From NCBI GenBank assembly GCA_039589315.1, contig JBDHHQ010000086.1, positions 1-17,671 of the forward strand: a stretch of DNA of 17,671 nt, written 5' to 3'. The position numbers and the translations under genes were made by a program. Shown in pieces: positions 11,062 to 17,671 of the stretch; within the stretch, counting starts at the first letter, position 1, and every line of letters begins with the position of its first letter. Under the pieces are notes generated by a model, which did no database searches, had not been told where the DNA came from, and saw only the letters and a list, made by a program, of their open reading frames with translations. The stretch comes from Gemmatimonadota bacterium (lineage in GTDB: Bacteria > Gemmatimonadota > Gemmatimonadetes > Longimicrobiales > Gaopeijiaceae).

Positions 11062-11867
11062 GACGGGACGAAGCCGACGATCCTGAGCGGCCCCCCGCTG
11101 CCGCCCTCGATCTTCATGGGCAGGGCGACGACGTACCCGCCCGTCTCCGGCATCCCCCCGAGGTTCGCCACGTTCTCGAAACCCGGAATGTCCCGATCGT
11201 ACAGGATGCGGTGGGTCTCGAAGAGGGTGGATTGACCATAGTCGATGGAGGGCGTGTCGATACCCAGCGCCCCGATGCTCCGGTTGTCGACGAGCCACTG
11301 GGCGGCCTCGGAAGCGAGGCCGGGGAAGTGCAGCTCAGCGACCGCTTCGGCTCCCCGCCGTTCGGTCCCCAGGTAGGCGCCGGCATCGGGCCAGCGGTCG
11401 CCCCAGCCGGTGCGGATCAGGAGGATCACGCCGTCGGCCAACGGCCCGTGGGCAGCCTCCCACCCCTGCAGGTCCTGCACGCCGACCTGGTAGTCGGGGC
11501 CCGCTCGCTCCGAGACGTCGATGACGACGGCCGGGCCGATGAGCCGGCTCAGCGGGATCTCGCTCGAGGCCTGGCGGCCCTCGGCGAAGTGGATGGGCGC
11601 ATCCAGGTGCGTGCCGCCGTGCTCGGATGTCGTGAAGTTGTTGGACGCGTAGTAGTACCCGGCCTCCGTGTATCCGTCGGCGACGACGTCGAGGCGGAAT
11701 CCGTCGGCCGTAGGCCAATACAGCGTCTCGTCGGAGTACGCGTAGCTCAGATCGATCCAGGTGCCGGCCCGCCCGTCGAACACGGCCGACCAATCAGGGG
11801 CTGGCGCCTCGGCCTGGCGGCAGGAGAGGGCGGCGAGCAGCAAAAGGATGGGGGCGCGGTGACGCAT
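11058..11867 (-). CDS. Cyclase-family (kynurenine formamidase/KynB-like) metallo-amidohydrolase with lipoprotein signal, 269 aa
   Basis: GGAGG RBS. Signal MRHRAPILLLLAALS-C. Motifs SEHGGTHLDAPIHF, LIRTGW, HFPGL, GIDTPSID, ENVANL and ALPMKIEGGSGGPLR. Confidence 0.9.
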   Translation of the reverse strand: MRHRAPILLLLAALSCRQAEAPAPDWSAVFDGRAGTWIDLSYAYSDETLYWPTADGFRLDVVADGYTEAGYYYASNNFTTSEHGGTHLDAPIHFAEGRQASSEIPLSRLIGPAVVIDVSERAGPDYQVGVQDLQGWEAAHGPLADGVILLIRTGWGDRWPDAGAYLGTERRGAEAVAELHFPGLASEAAQWLVDNRSIGALGIDTPSIDYGQSTLFETHRILYDRDIPGFENVANLGGMPETGGYVVALPMKIEGGSGGPLRIVGFVPS

Positions 11868-12006
11868 CGTCAGCCTCCAGCGAGCTTGGGGTGTCCCCCA
11901 CGGCTATGCGTCCAGCCCCGGAACGGCAAGAGCCCGGGTCCTCCGCCTGGGTTGGACCCGACCCAACGCCATCCGCCCCCGTCGCTCGCAGCAAAGCGCG
12001 AAGAGG

Positions 12007-12040
12007 AAAAGGCGCGCCCCCGGCCGGAGCCGGGAGCGCC
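12007..12040 (-). terminator. Probable intrinsic terminator of the ompA-like gene
   Basis: The minus strand reads GCGCTCCCGGC-TCCG-GCCGGGGGCGC followed by GCCTTTTCCTCTT, about 70 nt after the stop codon. Confidence 0.65.
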
Positions 12041-12112
12041 ACCCCTCGTGGAGCCTCCTCGCTGTCTCGCCTGCCTCGAGGCTCTCGCTGTGTGCCTCCG
12101 AGAGTGTGGTGG

Positions 12113-12805
12113 CTAGAGCTGCGGAGACTGGGCGACCTGGCCTCCCAGGCCGTCGCTGTCGTAGTCGACGACCAGCACGACCCGCCGGTTCTGCCAACCG
12201 GTGTCTCCCGGCCCCGTGTAGTCGGGATGCACCAGCCGCTGGGGGTCTTCCCCGTAGCTCACGGCCCGCACCTGGTCCGGCGGAATCTGCCCGTTCGTGA
12301 CCAGGTAGTCCTTCACCGCCTCGGCCCGGCGCTGACCCAGCTGCATGTTGTACGCGGGGCTGCCCGCGGTGTCCGTGAAGCCTTCCACGGTGATGAGGGC
12401 CGCCGGGTAGTAGTCGTGGACGATGTTGCTCACACGATCCAGCAGCTGCAGGTACCGGTCCTGCAGCGTGGCCTCGTCGAAGCCGAAGATGATGGGGGTC
12501 TTGAGCCGCATGGCCATGTCCATGCGCTCGACCATCACGTCGAAATCGGCGGACAGGGCCTGGAAGTCGCGTTCCATGGCGACGACGCGGCCCTCCATGC
12601 CGTCGACGCGACCCTCGAGGCCGGCCACGCGCCCGCCGAGGTTCCGGGACAGCCCCTCGTCGCCTTCTCTGACCTCCCGTCGCACTTGGGCGATGGTGGT
12701 GTCGAACTCGTCCTGCCCCACGTGCGAGCACGCCACGGCGCCGCCTGCCACCACGGCCAGCGCCAGGGTCGTGACCCGCTTCGAGCTCCTGCTCTCCCTC
12801 CGCAT
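12113..12805 (-). CDS. OmpA/Pal-family peptidoglycan-binding lipoprotein with N-terminal coiled coil, 230 aa
   Basis: GGAGGAG RBS and lipobox AVA-C. OmpA_C motifs IIFGFDEATL, VEGFTDTAGSPAYNMQLGQRRAEAVKDYL, SYGE and QNRRV. Confidence 0.92.
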   Translation of the reverse strand: MRRESRSSKRVTTLALAVVAGGAVACSHVGQDEFDTTIAQVRREVREGDEGLSRNLGGRVAGLEGRVDGMEGRVVAMERDFQALSADFDVMVERMDMAMRLKTPIIFGFDEATLQDRYLQLLDRVSNIVHDYYPAALITVEGFTDTAGSPAYNMQLGQRRAEAVKDYLVTNGQIPPDQVRAVSYGEDPQRLVHPDYTGPGDTGWQNRRVVLVVDYDSDGLGGQVAQSPQL

Positions 12806-12933
12806 TCGCGCTCCTCCTGCGTCGTCGGCCCGCGCTTTCCGACACTGCTCCCCAGGGGTCTGGCAGCGCTGGGGGCCCCGGGATTTCCGGGAGTCGGGTA
12901 CGCGTGTCCACATCGGACAGGTGTCGGGGAGGA

Positions 12934-12962
12934 AACATATGTTTACCGTGGAGGGCATGCAA
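12934..12962 (-). promoter_or_regulatory. Sigma70-type promoter of the ompA-like gene
   Basis: Minus strand TTGCAT-N17-TATGTT. The -10 sits inside the perfect palindrome AAACATATGTTT (12933-12944). Confidence 0.65.
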
Positions 12963-13030
12963 CCCTTTTGTGGAGGCCGCCGGCAAGGCTCCGGTTGCCG
13001 GCTCGGGACCCGGGCCGGGGGGCCGGCGCC

Positions 13031-13921
13031 CTACCAGGCCACGTACTTGTACATCAAGCGGATCAGGCGGTAGGCCTCGTCTACGTCCGCCGCCTCGTAC
13101 TCGACGGTAAAGCCGTCCGCCCGCTCGATGCCCGGGATGGCTTCGAGGATGTCCGCACGCGTCGTAGTGGCGAAGCGAGCACGGACCCGGATCGGTGGAT
13201 CCAGGCGGAAGACAGGCGCCTCCTCGACGCCCCTCACGGCCTCTCCTGCCACCTGGGCGAGCTCGGCCCGGACTCCCTCCGGGTGGCGGAGGCGTGCGAC
13301 CTGTGGCGTCACTGCGACCTTCGTGACCACCGTGGCCGTGGGCAGCAACTCACGAATCTCCCGGGTGAAGGCCGAGTCGCCCCCAGCCATCAGCACCGGC
13401 ACGCCGTGCTGTCCGGCGAAGGCGGCGTTCAAGCCACCTTCGCCCACTTCCACGTCGTTCAACCAGAGACCCTTCACGGCGCCGGAGCCGGTGTGGGCCA
13501 GGAAGCCGTCCGGATCACCGGCTCTGGCGTGGTAGCCGAGGAAGATCGCGCCGTCGAAGCTCCCGTCCAGCCCTTGCACCATGCCCAGCGGCTTGATGTT
13601 GCCCTGGATATAGGTCACTCGGGGATCGAGCTCCATGTGCAGGAGATTCTGCATGTCGCCGTGGGAGTCGTTGACCACGATGTCGGCAGCGCCGCCGGAC
13701 AAGATCGCGTTCACGACCGCGTTGACCTCGGCAGTCATGAGGGCACGGCCCAACGAGTAGTCTTTGCCGCCGCTACTGGTCATGGCGCCCGTGCCGATGC
13801 CGCCGATCCCTTCCATGTCCACCGAGATGAAGATCCTGACCCGCCGGTCCTGCCCCTGGAGCCCGGTCAGGAACGCGAGCGAGAGCACGAGGGGACTCCA
13901 CCACCGTAGCGACTTCGACAC
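13031..13921 (-). CDS. M55-family D-aminopeptidase (DppA-like) with signal peptide, 296 aa
   Basis: AGGAGG-N5-GTG start. Motifs IFISVDMEG, VNDSHGDMQNL, KPLGMVQG, FLGYHARAG, LAHT and VGEGGLNA. Confidence 0.92.
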   Translation of the reverse strand: MSKSLRWWSPLVLSLAFLTGLQGQDRRVRIFISVDMEGIGGIGTGAMTSSGGKDYSLGRALMTAEVNAVVNAILSGGAADIVVNDSHGDMQNLLHMELDPRVTYIQGNIKPLGMVQGLDGSFDGAIFLGYHARAGDPDGFLAHTGSGAVKGLWLNDVEVGEGGLNAAFAGQHGVPVLMAGGDSAFTREIRELLPTATVVTKVAVTPQVARLRHPEGVRAELAQVAGEAVRGVEEAPVFRLDPPIRVRARFATTTRADILEAIPGIERADGFTVEYEAADVDEAYRLIRLMYKYVAW

Positions 13922-13997
13922 TGATACCTCCTGTTCACCGCGGAAGAGGGTGGGAACCGGGGCCGATCCGCTGGGCGGCATCCCTCCGGCGGAGTGA

Positions 13998-14026
13998 ACT
14001 CTAGGGGGCCCTGCCCGCCCTGAAAA
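13998..14026 (-). promoter_or_regulatory. Possible promoter for the M55 gene
   Basis: Minus strand TTTTCA-N17-TAGAGT in the divergent intergenic region. Confidence 0.4.
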
Positions 14027-14155
14027 GTCCGACCCGGGCCGCATCCGTCACGCCTGGGCCGGCCGGGTCGTTTGTCCATCGGCCGGCGCGCCCCACCCGG
14101 GGAGCCGCCCGGTCGCCCGTGCACACGGGCCCATCCGCTCAGGAGGTGCTTGGCC

Positions 14156-15676
14156 ATGTCGAGGCTCCCTTCCCCGTCCGGTCGTCCGTTCCTGATCGCC
14201 GCCACCGCGCTGGTCGTGGGACTGCTCACAGCCCCCCGGACAGGCGCGGCCCAGCTGATCCCCATCAAGACGGTCCCGGTGGCCGCCGGCAACCAGTTCA
14301 TGATCTTCCCCTCGGACAACCCGGGACTGGGTGGCGTGTCCATCGCGATTCACGACCGGTCCCTGGACGGCTTCGTGAACCCGGCCAAGGGCGGTCGCAT
14401 CACCGAGGGCTTCGTGTCCGGATCGCCGGGCTTCTATGACATCTCGGGCGACAACGGGGGAGCGCGAACGCTGCCGGTTAGCGCGGCCGGCCGGGGAAAG
14501 GTGTGGTTCGGGGGCGGGGCTGCCGCGTTCCAGGAGCTGGACGTGGGACGGCCGGACGACTTCGGCTTCGACCTGGACGGCTCGCCTCTCTCCCGGTCCA
14601 GCGCCACCAACCTCTATCTCTCGGGCTACGGTGGGCTACGGGCAACCGACAGCGGGCTGTCCCTCGGCGTTGGCGCCCACTGGGCCGACCTGGACGGACT
14701 GGACGGAGTGAAGCTGCTGTACACGCCCGGCGCAGCCATCGATCAGACGGGCCACATGCTGGACGTGCGGGTGGGCCTCTTCCAGGCGTGGCAAGACGGG
14801 GGTACCGGCGAGGTCCTCCTCGTCCACAATCGGTTCGAGATGACCCACCGGATCGCCCAGCAGTTCTGGTGGGCCGTTCCCGAGCCGGTGGATCCGGTGG
14901 ATCCCCGCATCGGTCCGTTCCCGCGACCGCGGCCTCCCCCTCCCCGGGTCGAGCGCGACGAGACGAACACGTGGGGTGTGCACCTGGGCTACGAGCGCCC
15001 CGTGGGCGCTGCCGGCTGGCACCTTGGCGGTATCCTCACAGGCAACTGGAAGTCGCATCCCAAGATCCCCAACTACGACATCATGAACATCCCGCGGGAC
15101 CCGGGGAACTCGTGGGCCTACAACCTCGGGCTCGGCCTGGCACACACGGGTGGGCCCACGACCTTCGGTGTGGATATCGTCTACGAACCCATCTGGAGTG
15201 ACACCTGGGTAGAGGCGGAGGCCCCCGTCACGACGGCGAGAGGCCGGACGATCCCTGTGGGCGACCGCACGGTGGAGAACGACTTCCGCTTCCACAACTG
15301 GGTGCTCCGCACCGGCGTGGGGAGACAGGAAGATCGTTGGGGCGCTCAGCTCGGCCTACAGGTCCGTTCCTACGACTATGAGCTGGAGCAGATGGACCTC
15401 GTCGCGCTGACCTTCCGGCAGCAGGACGAAAGCTGGCTCGAGTGGACCCCCACGTGGGCGCTGATGGCCCGCTTCGACGACCTCCGGGTCCAATACGCCG
15501 GAAGTCTGAATTCGGGGGCCGGGCGGCCCGGAGCGGGATTCGCCGATGTCCCACGCGCTGCCGCCGAGGGCTTCGACTCGGGCACGACGTTCCTGGCCGC
15601 ACCGCGCGGGCCGCTGAGCCTCCAGGAAGCGAAGGTGGTCACCCACCGGCTGACCGTGACGATCCCCCTCGGCTGA
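14156..15676 (+). CDS. Secreted hypothetical protein, probable outer-membrane beta-barrel, 506 aa
   Basis: AGGAGG RBS and a signal peptide ending TGAA-Q. Many amphipathic Gly/aromatic strands (LSLGVGAHW, TWGVHLGYE, AYNLGLGLA, WGAQLGLQV) and a terminal strand VTHRLTVTIPLG. Confidence 0.7.
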   Translation: MSRLPSPSGRPFLIAATALVVGLLTAPRTGAAQLIPIKTVPVAAGNQFMIFPSDNPGLGGVSIAIHDRSLDGFVNPAKGGRITEGFVSGSPGFYDISGDNGGARTLPVSAAGRGKVWFGGGAAAFQELDVGRPDDFGFDLDGSPLSRSSATNLYLSGYGGLRATDSGLSLGVGAHWADLDGLDGVKLLYTPGAAIDQTGHMLDVRVGLFQAWQDGGTGEVLLVHNRFEMTHRIAQQFWWAVPEPVDPVDPRIGPFPRPRPPPPRVERDETNTWGVHLGYERPVGAAGWHLGGILTGNWKSHPKIPNYDIMNIPRDPGNSWAYNLGLGLAHTGGPTTFGVDIVYEPIWSDTWVEAEAPVTTARGRTIPVGDRTVENDFRFHNWVLRTGVGRQEDRWGAQLGLQVRSYDYELEQMDLVALTFRQQDESWLEWTPTWALMARFDDLRVQYAGSLNSGAGRPGAGFADVPRAAAEGFDSGTTFLAAPRGPLSLQEAKVVTHRLTVTIPLG

Positions 15677-15709
15677 GCCTCTGGCACACCTCGCCTCCGG
15701 GTGTCCGTC

Positions 15710-15740
15710 TTGACACCCCGGCCCGGAGCGGGCCTAAATG
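15710..15740 (+). promoter_or_regulatory. Possible promoter for the NTT-HEAT gene
   Basis: Perfect TTGACA at 15710-15715, with a weak -10 (CTAAAT/TAAATG) 18-19 nt downstream. It overlaps a GGGTGTC-N6-GACACCC dyad. Confidence 0.35.
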
Positions 15741-15792
15741 GACGACAGGAGCCTGTGTCTCCGGTTCTTCTCGTCCCCTGCCCGGGTCAGCA

Positions 15793-17671
15793 TTGGCCAC
15801 CGTAGCGACATCGCACCCCTCGAACGGGTCGCGCACGCTCTACACGATGATGGGGATGTACTTCCTCATCCTCTGTGCCCTGGGCGTGCTGCGCCCGGTG
15901 CGCAACGCCCTGGCCCTCGACGCGATCGGCGGCGCGAACTTCTACCGGGTCTACATCGTGAGCGCGGCGGTCGTGGTGGTGGCGCCGCTGCTCGACCGCC
16001 TGGCCCGGCGCCTGTCCTGGCGCACCCTCGTTCCGGGCGCCGCTCTGACGTCGGCCGCCGCCCTGCTCTTCTTCCGCGGCATCTACACGGAGGGCAGCGC
16101 GGCGCTGGGCTACTCGTTCTACGGCTTCTACGACGTGGTGTCGGCCGTCCTGGTGACGCTCTTCTTCATCGCCGCGCAACTGTCCTTCGATGCTCGCGAG
16201 GCCCGCACCGCCTACCCGATGATCATCGCGGCAGGGTCGGTGGGGGCCACGGTGGGGGGGGCTGTAACCGGTTTCTTCATCGACAACCTCGGAACCCAGA
16301 ATCTGCTTCTCGTCTCGGCCGCGCTGATCGTGGCTTTTGCCCTCGTGCTCCCCCTCGGCCAGCCGGCCTCCAAGGGGCGGGCCGAGCCCGCTGGACTGAG
16401 GCGCGCCGAGCGCCCGAGCCAGACGGGGGCGGCGGAGCTCCTCCGGGATCCACACATCCGGATGATCGCCGTGACCGTCTTGATCATGGTTCTGGTGAAG
16501 CAGTTGGTCGACTACCAGTTCAACGCGCTCACGAAGGAGTCCTTCCAGACGCTGGAGGCCGTGAGCGCGTTTCAGGGCAAGTTCAACGCCGCGACCCAGT
16601 GGCTGCCGTTCGTGGTCCTGATGGCCCTACGACCCGGTATGAAACGATGGGGTGTGGCCCTGGCCATGTTCATGCTCCCGGCCGTCATGCTGGGGGCCAC
16701 GGTGGCGTTGGCCTCCATGTGGACGCTCTGGACCGCCGTCGGGGCGAAGGCCACCGAGATGACGTTCCGCAATTCCGCGGAACGGTCCGCCCGAGAAGTG
16801 CTGTACGTGCCGCTGACGGACGAGGTGAAGCCGCGCGCCAAGGCCTACATCGATGCCACCCTGGCGGACGGCATCGGCAAGGTCGCTTCCGTGGCGCTCA
16901 TCGGCATCGCGCTGACGGTCCTGGACATGCGGCAGATCGCCTTCGTGACGCCGGTGCTGTGCGTGGTCTGGCTGGGTCTGACGCTGGCCCTCCGCCGTGA
17001 ATACCTGGGCGCGCTGGGCCGATCGATCCGGGGTCGCTACGCCAGCTTCCGGGGCGTGTTCGCGTCGCTATCGGACGCCTCGAGCGGGCCGGTCCTCGAG
17101 GGCGCGCTCGCGTCGGGTGACACGCTGCAGGCCGCCTTCGCGCTGGAGATCGTCAACCAGAGCTCGCCTGGCGAGATCGGGCGGTTCGCCCCCCAGCTCC
17201 ACGGGCTGGTCGGCCACGCGTCCGCCGACATTCGGGAGCGCGCCCTCCGAGTCCTGGAGAAGGCGCCCGACTCGGTGGACACCAAACGGGTCGAGGTCGG
17301 GCTGACCGACGCCGAGCCCTCGGTCCGGGAAGCGGCGGTTCGGGCTCTCTCCGCCGCCGACGTACAGGGACCGGACGCGGCCGTCCGAGACCTACTCGAA
17401 TCGCCTGATCCACAGGTCCGCGGCAGAGGTGAGCTCCAGTTGGGCGACCCCTCGGTCGCCAGGTCGTACCTCGAGTCCAGATGGGAGACCGCCCGGCGTG
17501 GCTCAGTGGAAGAGCGCCTCGAGATGGCGCTGGCAGCCGGGACGATGACGGGCGACGCCTCGGCCGACGAGTACCTGACGGCCCTGATCGAGGACGAGGC
17601 ACCGGAGGTGGCGGCAGCCGCCCTGAAGAGCGCGGGCCTGCTGGGGCGCCACCCGTTCTACGGGCAGATGA
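15793..17671 (+). CDS. Npt1/Npt2 (TLC/NTT) family MFS transporter fused to HEAT repeats, 3' truncated, more than 626 aa
   Basis: Manual translation is open to the window end: YFLILCALGVLRPVRNAL, FDAREARTAYPMIIAAGSVGATVGG, QLVDYQF, FRNSAERSAREVLYVPLTDEVKPRAKAYID, RREY, then HEAT-like HASADIRERALRVL, DAEPSVREAAVRAL and DEAPEVAAAALKSAG. The start is TTG 15793 or ATG 15847. Confidence 0.88.
   Translation, partial: MATVATSHPSNGSRTLYTMMGMYFLILCALGVLRPVRNALALDAIGGANFYRVYIVSAAVVVVAPLLDRLARRLSWRTLVPGAALTSAAALLFFRGIYTEGSAALGYSFYGFYDVVSAVLVTLFFIAAQLSFDAREARTAYPMIIAAGSVGATVGGAVTGFFIDNLGTQNLLLVSAALIVAFALVLPLGQPASKGRAEPAGLRRAERPSQTGAAELLRDPHIRMIAVTVLIMVLVKQLVDYQFNALTKESFQTLEAVSAFQGKFNAATQWLPFVVLMALRPGMKRWGVALAMFMLPAVMLGATVALASMWTLWTAVGAKATEMTFRNSAERSAREVLYVPLTDEVKPRAKAYIDATLADGIGKVASVALIGIALTVLDMRQIAFVTPVLCVVWLGLTLALRREYLGALGRSIRGRYASFRGVFASLSDASSGPVLEGALASGDTLQAAFALEIVNQSSPGEIGRFAPQLHGLVGHASADIRERALRVLEKAPDSVDTKRVEVGLTDAEPSVREAAVRALSAADVQGPDAAVRDLLESPDPQVRGRGELQLGDPSVARSYLESRWETARRGSVEERLEMALAAGTMTGDASADEYLTALIEDEAPEVAAAALKSAGLLGRHPFYGQM

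Noticed and set aside
11885..11970. Several short hairpins in the leader of the cyclase-hutH-hutU operon
   Set aside because: The stems are 5-7 bp and GC-rich, as expected by chance. There is no His-codon leader peptide or known riboswitch motif.
11891..13909. 672-aa plus-strand ORF
   Set aside because: Antisense shadow of the ompA-like and M55 genes, with no recognisable motifs.
15738..17000. 420-aa plus-strand ORF from the track
   Set aside because: Wrong frame. The real transporter reading frame starts near 15793 and runs off the window.

Overview
GC-rich bacterial chromosomal window. Gene content and the many signal peptides suggest Gemmatimonadota, which is an inference. It holds 15 CDSs: the 5' end of an alpha2-type glycyl-tRNA ligase, nfuA, a lipoprotein cyanophycinase-like S51 peptidase, a secreted M20 amidohydrolase, a small orphan membrane protein, an NmrA/atypical SDR, a split histidine-utilisation cluster (cyclase-hutH-hutU and a separate hutI) interrupted by an opposite-strand CheR-like SAM methyltransferase, an OmpA-domain lipoprotein with a coiled coil, a signal-peptide-bearing M55 D-aminopeptidase, a probable outer-membrane beta-barrel, and an NTT/TLC transporter-HEAT fusion that runs off the 3' end and is missing from the ORF track. 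I found no rRNA, tRNA, CRISPR array or mobile element. The main leads are the orphan CheR-like methyltransferase inside the hut cluster, a formamidase-family lipoprotein coupled to hutH where hutG/hutF are absent, an identical AT-rich 13-mer shared by two promoter regions 9 kb apart, a candidate four-way-junction 5' UTR upstream of the ompA-like gene, and several exported versions of normally cytoplasmic amide hydrolases. None of these establishes a new system from sequence alone.
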